Source: an uncultured candidate division Zixibacteria bacterium
GTDB lineage: Bacteria > Zixibacteria > MSB-5A5 > GN15 > FEB-12
Reading direction: 5' to 3'
Length of the DNA stretch: 64,000 nucleotides
NCBI GenBank assembly: GCA_963735035.1
Contig: CAVTJJ010000004.1
Span: forward strand, 1,344,001 to 1,408,000
Shown: in pieces, positions 20,350-30,245 of the stretch
Position numbering within the stretch: position 1 is the first letter of the stretch
Layout of the letters: every line of letters starts with the position of its first letter
Made by a program: the position numbers and the translations under genes
Notes under the pieces: generated by a model
Told to the model about the DNA's origin: nothing
Databases searched by the model: none
What the model saw: the letters and a program-made list of their open reading frames with translations, nothing else

Positions 20350-20589
20350 ATGACTACCCCGAAGAAATATAAAGACTATGAATCGGCCATGTCGCGGCTG
20401 GAAGAAATCACCGAGCAGCTCGAATCCGGGGCACCCAAACTCGAAGATGCCATCAAGCTGTACACCGAGGGACTTGAGATCGCCCGGTTCTGCAACGAGA
20501 AGTTAAATGAAGCCGACGCCAAGATCAAAGTCATCGCCGAACAGAGCGGGCGACTTGAGGAAGAAGAATTCGACGAAGGAGAGCAGTAG
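20350..20589 (+). CDS. xseB: Exodeoxyribonuclease VII small subunit
   Basis: YESAM-x-RLEEI...LE-x-AI-x-LY-x-EG...C-x-x-KL; follows xseA. Confidence 0.93.
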   Translation: MTTPKKYKDYESAMSRLEEITEQLESGAPKLEDAIKLYTEGLEIARFCNEKLNEADAKIKVIAEQSGRLEEEEFDEGEQ

Positions 20590-20600
20590 CTTTGCCGCCC

Positions 20601-21479
20601 ATGACCCGCGTTGACGGTCGCAAGTACACCACGGAGGTCAAAGACCTCACCGACCAGCTTCTGGAACGATATCTCCCCTCGGAAGAGATCGAGCCCAGGA
20701 CGCTTCATAAGGCGATGCGGTATTCGGTGATGGCCGGCGGTAAACGTCTCAGACCGATTCTGACTCTGTCGGCCTACGAATATTGTGGTGGCGCCCCCGA
20801 TCGCGCCGAGGCTACGGTATACAAGGCGATGGCGGCGCTCGAAATGGTGCACACTTACTCGCTCATCCATGACGATCTGCCGTGCATGGACGATGATGAT
20901 CTTCGGCGCGGTCGCCCAACCTGCCACAAGATGTTCGGCGAGGCGGTTGCTACTCTGGCCGGTGATGCCCTTCATGTAGTGGCGTTCGAGTTGCTCGCTG
21001 AGACAGGCTCTGTCGACGTCGTCAAGGAGCTGGCTCTTGCCGGTGGGACCGCCGGCATGCTGGGCGGGCAGATGGCCGACATGGAAGCGGAAAACCGGCG
21101 GATTACTCAGCCGGAGATTGAAAATATCCATCGTCTCAAGACCGCCGCGCTCATTCGCGGCTCGGTTCGAATCGGGGCGATGCTGGCTCAGGCCGACCCT
21201 GACCTTCTTAGGCGACTGAGTGTTTACGGCGAGAAGATCGGACTCGCCTTTCAGATCATCGATGATATCCTTGATATCGAAGGCGACCCGGAGATCCTGG
21301 GAAAGAAAGTCGGCTCCGACACCCGCAACAAGAAAGCCACTTACCCCGGTGTGGTCGGTCTTGAAGTCGCCCGCAAAGACGCCACGCGTTTGATCGATGA
21401 GGCCCTGGCCTGTTTCGGTGCGGACGAAGACAACATTCTTATGTGGCTGGCTCGTTATATCGGCCAGCGGGACAACTGA
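20601..21479 (+). CDS. ispA: Short-chain polyprenyl diphosphate synthase (FPP synthase-like)
   Basis: GGKRLRP, HTYSLIHDDLPCMD, GQ-x-x-D, FQIIDDILD. Confidence 0.9.
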   Translation: MTRVDGRKYTTEVKDLTDQLLERYLPSEEIEPRTLHKAMRYSVMAGGKRLRPILTLSAYEYCGGAPDRAEATVYKAMAALEMVHTYSLIHDDLPCMDDDDLRRGRPTCHKMFGEAVATLAGDALHVVAFELLAETGSVDVVKELALAGGTAGMLGGQMADMEAENRRITQPEIENIHRLKTAALIRGSVRIGAMLAQADPDLLRRLSVYGEKIGLAFQIIDDILDIEGDPEILGKKVGSDTRNKKATYPGVVGLEVARKDATRLIDEALACFGADEDNILMWLARYIGQRDN

Positions 21480-21492
21480 TTCAGGATAAGCC

Positions 21493-23480
21493 GTGAAACA
21501 CCTCGGACGCATAAACAGTCCCCGCGACGTCAAGAGCCTTTCTCAGGCCGAGCTCATCGAGCTCGCCGAGGAAGTGCGCCAGACGATCGTGAGCGCGGTC
21601 TCGGAGACCGGCGGGCATCTCGCGTCCAACCTGGGCGCGGTCGAACTGACGATTGCGCTTCATTACGTGTTCGACACCCCGAACGACAAGATTGTCTGGG
21701 ATGTTAGTCATCAAACGTACGGTCACAAGATTCTGACCGGACGACGCGATCAGATAAGTACGCTACGTCAGTACGGCGGCCTGTCCGGTTTCCTGCGCCG
21801 CGACGAATCGGAGTACGACGTCTTTGGCGCGGGTCACGCATCGACTTCGATTTCCGCCGCTCTTGGCTTTGCCGTGGCCCGCGATCTGAGAGGGGAGAAG
21901 CACAAGGTGGTCGCTGTCATCGGCGACGGCGCCATGACCGGCGGGCTGGCTTTCGAGGGTCTGAACAACGCCGGTTCGCTCAAGAAGGACTTGCTCGTTA
22001 TTCTGAACGACAACACCTGGTCGATTTCGAAAAATGTCGGCGCCATCTCGAAGTATCTGACCAGCATCATGGCCGACGAAAAATTCAACAAACTTCGCAA
22101 CGAAATCTGGGAGCTGACCGGACGGTTCAAACGCCGCGATGTATCCGCGAGACGATCCACCGGATCGAAAACTCGATCAAGGGCTTTCTCGTGCCGGGGA
22201 TGCTGTTCGAGAAACTCGGCTTTCAGATATTTCGGACCGATCGATGGCCACGACCTGTCCGCTCTTGATCAAGACGCTCAAGAGATCAGCAGTTATCACG
22301 GGCCCGATCATGCTTCACGTGGCCACCGTGAAAGGGAAAGGGTATGCCCGGCCGAGGACGACGCGTTGAGATATCACGGCGTCGGCAAGTTCGACAAGAC
22401 CACCGGGAAGCGACTCCAAAGGGACTGCGCGGCCTGCCAGCCTACACCGAATGTTTTCGGCCACACCATGGTCGAGTTGGCCGAAAAGAACGACCGGGTG
22501 ATCGCCATCACCGCGGCCATGTGCCCGGAACCGGTCTGGTGAATTCGCGGAGAAGTATCCCGATCGGTTTTTTGATGTCGGCATCGCCGAAGGACATGCC
22601 GGGACGTTTGCGGCGGGACTGGCCGCCGAGGGCATCAACCGTATTCTGGCGATCTATTCGACCTTCCTGCAACGAGCCTACGATCAGATCATTCACGATA
22701 TCGCGCTTCAGAACCTGCCGGTTGTGATGTGCCTGGATCGGGCCGGTCTGGTCGGCAACGACGGGCCCACTCATCATGGCGTGTTTCGACCTGGCCTATT
22801 CTGTCGTCCGTGCCGAATCTCACGTGTGGCTGCGCCCGAAAGACGGCAACGAACTCCGTGCGATGATGCACTACTCTTCCGATCATCCCGTGAATGGCGT
22901 GGTAGCCATCCGTTATCCGAGAGACACAGTATCTTCACCCATGACCAAACCTGTGCAATCAATCGAATGGGGTACCTGGGAGTGGCTGACCGAGCCGGGC
23001 GAAATAGTTGTACTGGCGGTCGGAACGATGGTTGCCGAAGCCCTGAAGGCGGCCGAGACGCTCAAAGCCAAGGGCATGCACGTGGCGGTCATCAACGCCC
23101 GATTTGTGAAGCCGCTCGACGAAATCACGCTCGGACGAGTTTTGCGCGAGGCTCGCCTTGTATTGACCGCCGAAGAGGGAACGATACGCGGTGGCTTCGG
23201 ACAGGCTATCGCCGAGTATCTCTTGTCCAGACACTATGAAGGCAAATTCGGTGTGATCGGTCTGCCCGACCGGTTCATCACTCACGGTACGCGCAAAGAG
23301 CTGCTTAAAGAAATCGCGCTAGAAGCTGACAGTATCGCATCCGCCATAGAGCAGCTTCGATCTCTGCCCGAGAAACCGGCAGATGGAATCGTGAAGAGTT
23401 TTGTTCTCCGTCGCAACGGCGAGACTAAGACCGAGATTGAAAATAGTCGGGTCAGCATGACCGGCACCGACAAGGAGTAA
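21493..23480 (+). CDS. dxs: 1-deoxy-D-xylulose-5-phosphate synthase, broken by many single-base indels between about 22140 and 22840
   Basis: [51 protein letters not shown] recoverable across shifting frames. Confidence 0.93.
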
Positions 23481-23488
23481 TCCCCGCG

Positions 23489-24349
23489 ATGCGGTTCGGC
23501 TTGATGGCAAATCTTCACCGTCCGGGTGCCGTGGACGCAATCAGCGCGTTTGTCCAATGGGCGCACGACAACGGTCACGATCTGCTTCTGGCCGATAACC
23601 TTCGCGAGATTGTCCCCCAGCATGGGGAATCCGTACTGATAGACTTGCTGGCCGAGAGGGTAGAGGTGCTGGTTTCGATGGGCGGTGACGGCACCCTGCT
23701 GTCGGCGGCTCGGGCCGTAGGGCCTCACAGTACGCCCATACTCGGTATAAATCTGGGTTCGCTGGGTTTTCTCACTCAACAGACGCCGCGTGAACTGGTC
23801 CCGGCCCTTAATGCTATTGTTGCCGGCCAATACAAAATCGAAGAGCGGATTCTGCTGAAGGCTACTATAGAGGGACGGCCTCCGCTGCCGATGCCTTACG
23901 CATTGAATGAGATTGTCCTCGATCACGGTGGCACCACGCGTGTTTTGAAGATCAATCTCAAGATCAACGACGAAGCCGTCGTAACTTACATGGCGGACGG
24001 TTTGATCATCGCCACCCCGACCGGCTCGACTGCTTACAATCTGGCGGTGGGCGGACCGATTGTTTGTCCCGACATGGATGCCATGATAGCGTCGCCGATT
24101 GCGGCCTTCTCGCTGACGACCCGCCCGATGATTATCAACGGTCGCGACAAACTCGAACTCTCGATAGGTACCGAAGGCCGCCAGGCGCAGTTGACGCTCG
24201 ACGGACAGGTAGAAATACAGGTCAACGAATCCGAGCGGGTGCTGGTCCAGAAGGCGGATTTCACGGCCCGCTTCATTATATTCCCCGAGAATTCGTTTTA
24301 CAAACTTCTCCGCACGAAACTCCACTGGGGCGTCTCCCCCTACGCATAG
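23489..24349 (+). CDS. nadK: NAD kinase
   Basis: GGDGTLL, GINLGSLGFL, ALNE, ADGLIIATPTGSTAY. Confidence 0.95.
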   Translation: MRFGLMANLHRPGAVDAISAFVQWAHDNGHDLLLADNLREIVPQHGESVLIDLLAERVEVLVSMGGDGTLLSAARAVGPHSTPILGINLGSLGFLTQQTPRELVPALNAIVAGQYKIEERILLKATIEGRPPLPMPYALNEIVLDHGGTTRVLKINLKINDEAVVTYMADGLIIATPTGSTAYNLAVGGPIVCPDMDAMIASPIAAFSLTTRPMIINGRDKLELSIGTEGRQAQLTLDGQVEIQVNESERVLVQKADFTARFIIFPENSFYKLLRTKLHWGVSPYA

Positions 24350-24366
24350 GGGGAATGTCGAGTCAA

Positions 24367-24808
24367 TCACGTGCCCGGTCCGCCACGGCGGATCCACATC
24401 TGCCGACTCGTACAATTTCCTCGAACATCAGGGTGGCCCACCCGCTTGTCGGGTGGGGGGAATGTTGTTTGATCGCCTCAAACTCGGTTGCGTCAGGTCC
24501 TGCCGACTCGCCTCGGGCGAGGCGGTGTGACCTGACGCCGACAGTGAGACCCATTCTGTTCACGTGCCCGGCAGATGTCCGCATCTGCCGACTGACAAAA
24601 CAAACGTCTTGCCCCGGTTAAGCCGGAGCACCCAGGGGTGAACATGTTTACCCAAAAACCGCTTGCCCGTCACGCGTTGTAGCGGTAATCTTGTAGACTT
24701 GTAGGTCGAAACCAGGCCGCTTCGGACGCCTGCCCGCCGTGGCGGGGTTTCGACACTAGTAGGTCGGGTTCACGAGACGTGAGCGTAGCGAGCGTCGAGC
24801 AACCCGAC
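24367..24808. repeat. Mosaic cluster of REP-like palindromes
   Basis: Hairpins at 24367-24408 and 24560-24593 (related), 24431-24456 (GTGG head), 24490-24538, 24701-24754 and 24759-24808 (GTAG heads). Confidence 0.7.
24663..24691 (+). promoter_or_regulatory. Possible promoter for tRNA-Gly
   Basis: TTGCCC-N17-TAATCT. Confidence 0.4.
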
Positions 24809-24820
24809 ACTGTCTGACAA

Positions 24821-24896
24821 GCGGGAGTAACTCAGTTGGTAGAGTCACAGCCTTCCAAGCTGTTGGTCGCGAGTTCGAGCCTCGTCTCCCGCTCCA
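24821..24896 (+). tRNA. tRNA-Gly (TCC)
   Basis: Acceptor gcgggag/ctcccgc, anticodon loop cttccaa, GTTCGA T-loop, encoded CCA. Confidence 0.96.
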
Positions 24897-24918
24897 TATC
24901 TTAGAATAGTGAAGTCTA

Positions 24919-24946
24919 GTTAGGGGGGGTCCGCTTCGAACCCGCC
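24919..24946 (+). repeat. REP-like unit, family A (consensus GTAGGGYGGGTCCGCTTCGAACCCGCC)
   Basis: gttagggggggtccgcttcgaacccgcc; related to copies at 60711, 61413 and 62418. Confidence 0.8.
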
Positions 24947-24948
24947 AA

Positions 24949-25875
24949 TCAGTCTTGCTGTGATCGCAAATCGTCCATATAAGCGAACCACTTCTGTTGT
25001 AGCTCAGCGGAAGTCCACCCAGTTTCCTTTTCGATAGCCTCCTCGACAGTCATCTTGCCGAGCAATGCACATATGTTAGTCAGAGCGTCCGGTCGTCCGG
25101 ATGACTTCACAAGCTGCACGAGCGCCCGACATTCTTCTATGCCGCCGAACGATAAGACGTTGGCTGTGACTGTATCCATTTGATCCAACGCGATGTATTT
25201 CCCGTCGGGAAAGGACTTCTGGAGATCCAGCGACAGGGGATCCCGAGTAAGTTCTTCCTCCTCCGCAATAGCCTCGCAAAAAATATATAGGGACTTCAAA
25301 TGAGTACTCAGCTTCTCGTCGGTGCGCGGGTCGATTTCTCCGCTCACCAGCCAAAGGATAAGGTGACACAACTCGTGCGTGAATACCACAGAAGAGGCCG
25401 CCGAATCCGGCGAAAAACGCCCTGCGTCGATGAAGATGTGATTTGGATAGCGCAGGCTGGGACCTACCATTATGCCACCGCTGTTGCCTTTGACAAACGA
25501 CTGGTACTGGTAGTGATTTAGATAGTATATGATGGGCCGATACCTGGTCATTTCAAATCCGAAGTCTTTGGACGTACGTTCGTAGCCGTCCTCAGCCCAC
25601 TGAACCACCTTTGACTGTGATGAATCGAGCTCATTACTAATTGTCAGATCGCAGTGTTCGGTTGCAATCTGAGTGACGTTCAGGACGTCGGTGTCAAGGT
25701 CCTTGATCTGCTGCTCAAGCACCCGGTAGTGGTAAGTGCGACCGCCGGCTGTGAATTGACGTTGGGTTCCACCTTGACCAGAACAGCTCAGGTGTAAAGC
25801 TGCAACCAACGTCGCGAGCACGACCGCCGCCATTAGTAGTTCACGCCCGAGGCCATTTGATCGGTGGCCGGTCAA
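24949..25875 (-). CDS. Lipoprotein, gluzincin/peptidase MA-like
   Basis: Lipobox LS-C; HELCH plus downstream EAIAE third-ligand motif. Confidence 0.7.
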   Translation of the reverse strand: MTGHRSNGLGRELLMAAVVLATLVAALHLSCSGQGGTQRQFTAGGRTYHYRVLEQQIKDLDTDVLNVTQIATEHCDLTISNELDSSQSKVVQWAEDGYERTSKDFGFEMTRYRPIIYYLNHYQYQSFVKGNSGGIMVGPSLRYPNHIFIDAGRFSPDSAASSVVFTHELCHLILWLVSGEIDPRTDEKLSTHLKSLYIFCEAIAEEEELTRDPLSLDLQKSFPDGKYIALDQMDTVTANVLSFGGIEECRALVQLVKSSGRPDALTNICALLGKMTVEEAIEKETGWTSAELQQKWFAYMDDLRSQQD

Positions 25876-27032
25876 TGCGTACCCGCTTTACCAGGGCTTT
25901 GTACGGTGGGCGCCATCTTAGCAATGTACTCGGTGGATTGCTGATTCACCCTGCTGAGGACCGCGAACGGCGGTTCGCCGTACAAGTTAACAAATAGGCG
26001 GCGGAAATCGTCCGCCGTGTGGGACCCCTTGTATAGAGTGGCAAATCGATTCGCGGAATCGCATCGGATCATGTCACTTACCAACGCAGCGGCTGTGGTC
26101 TGTTCCATCCGGCCAAGACTATAACGCAGGGGAGAATCGCTCTTGTCCAGATTCAAGAGAAGATCGAGCGTGTCAGGTGTCAGGCGGGACAGGTACTTCG
26201 AGTAATTGGCATATAAGCTCAAGGTCGCTCGCGTGGTTCCTTCCAGCAGTATACGATTCGTCTCGCCGTACCCGCACAAACCCAGCCGGAGGAATTCAAT
26301 CGGGTCGGATTGTTTCAACAAAATCGTGTAGGCTACTTCGGAAAAATCATTGGATCGTGTCGTGATAACACATGATCCGATTTGGCTTCGAAACGCGTTC
26401 TTGCTACCCGAGAGAAGGCTCACGACCCCGGTGTCGGGGCAGAGGTAGTAATCGATCGGCTGCGTCAAGTCGAGGTCGGTCAGTCGTAGCAGATGCGCCA
26501 TAAATTGCTCGTAAGGCAGCGTATCCAAGAGAGCATTTTGGCTGCCTTCAACGGCGAACAAATCGTCCACGGCTGGTGAGACGTGAAACGTGAAATGGGC
26601 GGACTTGAGGATCGGCCAGTCGGAAGCAAACAGGAGAAACGGATATTGGAAGAGATACTTGTCATGCTGCTTGACCAGGTAGTAGAAACGAGCCTCCTGC
26701 ACGCCGCGTGATTCAACTAAGACCTGCAGCCTTGTGTACTCTTGAAACTGGTTGGCCTTGATCAGGCGGCAAGTCGTGCTCTTGAGCGAAAGCGAGTCTT
26801 TCGCCAGAAGCTCGAGAAACGGCGCAGATTCGGCCGTCCACAGTGCCCTGGCAGCCGCCTCGTCGCCCGACTTAGCTGCTGTAACATAGGCGTCCCAAAC
26901 GGCTTGCACATCGCTTGGAATGCCATCATGTGAGCAAGCGCATAGCCCCAGAGCTATCGCTAATGCTACACCAGCCAGAATTTGGCCCAGTTTGGGGAAC
27001 GGGCGATCAGACCCCGAGTTCTTAGAACGCAT
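25872..27032 (-). CDS. Lipoprotein, hypothetical (NTF2-like N-terminus, degenerate peptidase-like C-terminus)
   Basis: Lipobox LCA-C; YVTAAKSGDEAAARALW helix; SAHFTFH; SEVAY in place of HExxH (inferred). Confidence 0.6.
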   Translation of the reverse strand: MRSKNSGSDRPFPKLGQILAGVALAIALGLCACSHDGIPSDVQAVWDAYVTAAKSGDEAAARALWTAESAPFLELLAKDSLSLKSTTCRLIKANQFQEYTRLQVLVESRGVQEARFYYLVKQHDKYLFQYPFLLFASDWPILKSAHFTFHVSPAVDDLFAVEGSQNALLDTLPYEQFMAHLLRLTDLDLTQPIDYYLCPDTGVVSLLSGSKNAFRSQIGSCVITTRSNDFSEVAYTILLKQSDPIEFLRLGLCGYGETNRILLEGTTRATLSLYANYSKYLSRLTPDTLDLLLNLDKSDSPLRYSLGRMEQTTAAALVSDMIRCDSANRFATLYKGSHTADDFRRLFVNLYGEPPFAVLSRVNQQSTEYIAKMAPTVQSPGKAGTH

Positions 27033-27038
27033 AGGTTT

Positions 27039-27068
27039 AGGATACTTCCTGTAGTTGATCGTTGTCAA
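27039..27068 (-). promoter_or_regulatory. Promoter of the lipoprotein pair, probably leaderless
   Basis: Minus strand TTGACA-N18-TATCCT-N6-ATG. Confidence 0.55.
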
Positions 27069-27105
27069 GAGAAGACCGAATTTATTCCGCAAAACGTTGT
27101 GCAAT

Positions 27106-27143
27106 GGCGGGTTCGCCCGCCCCGGCTGGGGAACCGCCCCTAC
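27106..27143 (-). repeat. GTAG-headed REP-like unit related to family A
   Basis: Reverse complement gtaggggcggttc...gaacccgcc. Confidence 0.65.
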
Positions 27144-27231
27144 TAAACTAGGCCCCAAACCACCCCAAACACCCCGCCTAACTTCCGTTCGGGCAAACCC
27201 TTAGAAAGCTCAATTCAACCCTAAAAAGGCC

Positions 27232-27259
27232 TTGACAGCCGAATCCACGTCTCTATATT
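27232..27259 (+). promoter_or_regulatory. Promoter of tRNA-Thr-tuf operon
   Basis: TTGACA-N16-TATATT. Confidence 0.65.
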
Positions 27260-27337
27260 TGGGGTTCCCCGCCGGACGGGTACGCCTGTCTGTATGGGTT
27301 TTATTGGGTCGCACCAAGAATGCAGACTTTTTGAGCA

Positions 27338-27410
27338 GCCCAGATAGCTCAGTTGGTAGAGCACATCCTTGGTAAGGATGAGGTCACCAGTTCGATCCTG
27401 GTTCTGGGCT
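27338..27410 (+). tRNA. tRNA-Thr (GGT), CCA not encoded
   Basis: Acceptor gcccaga/tctgggc, anticodon arm catcc-ttggtaa-ggatg, GTTCGA. Confidence 0.96.
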
Positions 27411-27456
27411 TTTGTGTGGATAAGAAATGTCGGTGTGATAAAGGAGAGCCTCTGGT

Positions 27457-28662
27457 ATGGCTAAGGAGAAATTTGATCGTACAAAGCCGCACGTGAACGT
27501 TGGCACAATCGGTCACGTGGATCATGGTAAGACGACGTTGACGGCGGCGATCACGATGTGCATGGCGAAGAAGAACAAGACCGCGATCCGGACGTTCGAT
27601 TCGATCGACAACGCGCCGGAAGAGCGGGAACGCGGTATTACGATCGCCACCGCGCACGTCGAGTACGAGACGGACAAGCGCCACTATGCGCACGTTGACT
27701 GTCCCGGTCACGCCGACTATGTGAAGAACATGATCACGGGCGCCGCCCAGATGGACGGTGCGATCGTGGTGGTGTCGGCGGCAGACGGCCCGATGCCTCA
27801 GACGCGGGAGCACATTCTTTTGGCGCGTCAGGTGGGTGTGCCGTTCATCATCGTGTTCATGAACAAAGTTGATATGGTTGATGATCCGGAATTGTTGGAT
27901 CTGGTGGAGCTCGAAGTAAGAGACCTGCTGAACCAGTACAAGTTCCCGGGTGATGATATACCGGTTATCCGTGGTTCGGCGCTTCAGGCGTTGACGGCGG
28001 GCACGGCGGACAAGCCGATTGATGACCCGGCGTTCAAGTGCATTCTGGAGCTTCTGGAAGCCTGCGACAATTACATCCCGCTGCCGAAACGTGAGAAGGA
28101 CAAGCCGTTCCTGATGCCGATCGAAGACGTGTTTTCGATTACGGGTCGTGGAACCGTAGGCACGGGTCGTGTGGAGCGCGGCATCATCAAGCAGGGCGCT
28201 GAAGTTGAGATCGTGGGTATTCGTGACACGCGCAAGACGGTGGTGACCGGTATCGAAATGTTCCGGAAACTACTGGACGACGCGGAAGCGGGCGACAATG
28301 TCGGGCTTCTGCTGCGCGGTATCGATAAGGAAGACCTGGAACGCGGGATGGTGCTCGCGGCTCCGGGTTCGGTGAAGCCGCACAAGAATTTCAAGGCGGA
28401 AGTGTACGTTTTGAAGAAGGAAGAGGGTGGACGTCACACGCCGTTCTTCACGGGCTATCGTCCGCAGTTTTATTTCCGGACGACGGACGTGACGGGATCG
28501 GCGCATCTGCCCGAGGGTATCGAGATGGTGATGCCGGGCGACAACGTGACGATGACGGTGGAGTTGTTGACGCCGATCGCGATGGAGAAAGAGTTGCGGT
28601 TTGCGATACGAGAAGGCGGTCGCACCATTGGCGCAGGTGTCATCGCGGAAATTTTGGAATAG
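27457..28662 (+). CDS. tuf: Elongation factor Tu (copy 1)
   Basis: [30 protein letters not shown]. Confidence 0.99.
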   Translation: MAKEKFDRTKPHVNVGTIGHVDHGKTTLTAAITMCMAKKNKTAIRTFDSIDNAPEERERGITIATAHVEYETDKRHYAHVDCPGHADYVKNMITGAAQMDGAIVVVSAADGPMPQTREHILLARQVGVPFIIVFMNKVDMVDDPELLDLVELEVRDLLNQYKFPGDDIPVIRGSALQALTAGTADKPIDDPAFKCILELLEACDNYIPLPKREKDKPFLMPIEDVFSITGRGTVGTGRVERGIIKQGAEVEIVGIRDTRKTVVTGIEMFRKLLDDAEAGDNVGLLLRGIDKEDLERGMVLAAPGSVKPHKNFKAEVYVLKKEEGGRHTPFFTGYRPQFYFRTTDVTGSAHLPEGIEMVMPGDNVTMTVELLTPIAMEKELRFAIREGGRTIGAGVIAEILE

Positions 28663-28695
28663 TACGGAATCCTTCGGAAAGTGAAGGTTGGATAA

Positions 28696-28845
28696 GTGAG
28701 AGATAGAATTACTCTGGCGTGCAACGACTGCAAGCAGCGCAATTACGACACGATGAAAAATAAGCGGCTGCATCCGGAACGGGTGGAGCACAAGAAGTAT
28801 TGCCCGTTCTGCAACAAACATACGCTGCACAAGGAGACCAGGTAG
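28696..28845 (+). CDS. rpmG: 50S ribosomal protein L33 (Zn-binding type), not in ORF track
   Basis: Hand translation from [52 protein letters not shown]. Confidence 0.95.
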   Translation: MRDRITLACNDCKQRNYDTMKNKRLHPERVEHKKYCPFCNKHTLHKETR

Positions 28846-28856
28846 CTTTGGACTAC

Positions 28857-28933
28857 AGGCCAGTAGCTCCAACGGTTAGAGCGCCGGTCTCCAAAACCGG
28901 ATGCTGGGGGTTCGAATCCCTCCTGGCCTGCCA
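28857..28933 (+). tRNA. tRNA-Trp (CCA)
   Basis: Acceptor aggccag/ctggcct, anticodon arm ccggt-ctccaaa-accgg, encoded CCA; canonical position before secE. Confidence 0.96.
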
Positions 28934-28955
28934 ATAGACTGGTTGGATAACTGAT

Positions 28956-29153
28956 ATGGAAAAACTACAAAGATACCTCAAAGAAACCTCGGCCGAGCTT
29001 CGCAAGATGACCTGGCCGACCAAGGATGAGTTGATCGGTTCCACGGTCGTGACGTGTGTGGTCTCCTTCGTGGTGGCCATCTTCATCGGTATTGTGGACC
29101 GAATTCTCACATACGGTATCCATGCCATCTTTGGCGGCGGAGTTGGGGGATAA
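28956..29153 (+). CDS. secE: Preprotein translocase SecE
   Basis: ELRKMTWPT followed by one TM helix. Confidence 0.95.
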   Translation: MEKLQRYLKETSAELRKMTWPTKDELIGSTVVTCVVSFVVAIFIGIVDRILTYGIHAIFGGGVGG

Positions 29154-29696
29154 ATGGCTCTGAAATGGTATGTTGTACATACCTATGCCGGTCACGAACA
29201 GAAGGCCAAGAAGTATCTCGAATCGGCGATTGAAAACGCCGGTTTGACCGACAAATTCGGCCAGATTCTGGTTCCGACCGAGCAGGTCACCGAGATGCGG
29301 CAAGGTAAGCGGTCGACCTCGACCAAAAAATTCCTGCCGTCGTATATTCTCGTTGAGATGGATCTCGACAAGGTGACGCAGAACCTGGTGATCCAGACTT
29401 CGGGCATCACAAATTTTGTTGGAGCCGGCGGTCGCCCGACGCCTCTGAAGGAAGACGAAGTCAGACGCATTTCGGGACAGATCGACAGCAGCCGTGAAGA
29501 AGAGGCCAGCGAGATTCCGTTCCAGGCCGGCGATCCGGTGAAAGTGAACGATGGGCCGTTTGCCGATTTCTCCGGCACGGTGAGCGAAGTGAATCTTGAG
29601 CGCAGGAAATTGAAAGTTATGGTGTCAATATTTGGCCGCCCGACCCCGGTCGAGTTGGATTTCCTCCAGGTGGAGTTGATCAAGGCCAAGGCTTAA
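29154..29696 (+). CDS. nusG: Transcription factor NusG
   Basis: [11 protein letters not shown], GPFADF-x-[13 protein letters not shown]. Confidence 0.97.
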   Translation: MALKWYVVHTYAGHEQKAKKYLESAIENAGLTDKFGQILVPTEQVTEMRQGKRSTSTKKFLPSYILVEMDLDKVTQNLVIQTSGITNFVGAGGRPTPLKEDEVRRISGQIDSSREEEASEIPFQAGDPVKVNDGPFADFSGTVSEVNLERRKLKVMVSIFGRPTPVELDFLQVELIKAKA

Positions 29697-29733
29697 GTTG
29701 CAAAATAGGACGCAAACGGAAAGATAAAGAGTC

Positions 29734-30159
29734 GTGGCAAAGAAGATAGCAGCGTACGTGAAGTTACAGATTCCGGCCGGTCAGGCCAATCCGGCGCCGC
29801 CGGTGGGTCCCGCCCTGGGTCAGCGCGGTATCAATATCATGGAGTTCTGCAAGGCGTTCAACGCCCAGACCCAGTCGGGCCAAGGCGTACTGACGCCGGT
29901 CATCATTACCGTCTTCGAAGACAAATCGTTTACATTCATTACGAAGACGCCGCCGGCCTCGACGCTTCTCCGGATGGCGGCCAAGATCAAAAAAGGGTCC
30001 GGCGTCCCGAACAAAGACAAAGTCGGCGCAGTGACCTCCAAGCAGGTGCGCGATATCGCCGAACAGAAGATGGCCGATCTGAACGCCGCCTCGCTGGAAA
30101 CCGCGATCAAGATGGTGGAAGGTACCGCCCGTTCGATGGGTATTGAGATTCAAGGCTAA
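29734..30159 (+). CDS. rplK: 50S ribosomal protein L11
   Basis: [24 protein letters not shown]. Confidence 0.98.
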   Translation: MAKKIAAYVKLQIPAGQANPAPPVGPALGQRGINIMEFCKAFNAQTQSGQGVLTPVIITVFEDKSFTFITKTPPASTLLRMAAKIKKGSGVPNKDKVGAVTSKQVRDIAEQKMADLNAASLETAIKMVEGTARSMGIEIQG

Positions 30160-30245
30160 GCAAGACGAAAATAACAAACTAAGAATAATGTGATATTCGT
30201 TTGTACCTCGGTTGCCTCAGGTGACCGGGAGGGAGAATAAGCACA

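Noticed and set aside
20601..21479. Prenyl synthase as a GGPP synthase supporting ether-lipid synthesis
   Set aside because: HTYSLIHDD has Tyr five residues before the first Asp-rich motif and sits in xseB-ispA-dxs context, typical of FPP synthase
21493..23480. dxs and rpsB as true pseudogenes or programmed frameshifts
   Set aside because: Indel-only damage with intact motifs and no slippery sites; error is more parsimonious pending read data
24870..27230. Classical tRNA-targeted integrative element at tRNA-Gly
   Set aside because: No duplicated tRNA 3' end and no integrase in the insert
27190..27230. GGGCAAACCC...GAAA resembling a c-di-GMP-I riboswitch start
   Set aside because: The downstream GACGCAAAG and second stem are absent, and it lies upstream of the predicted promoter
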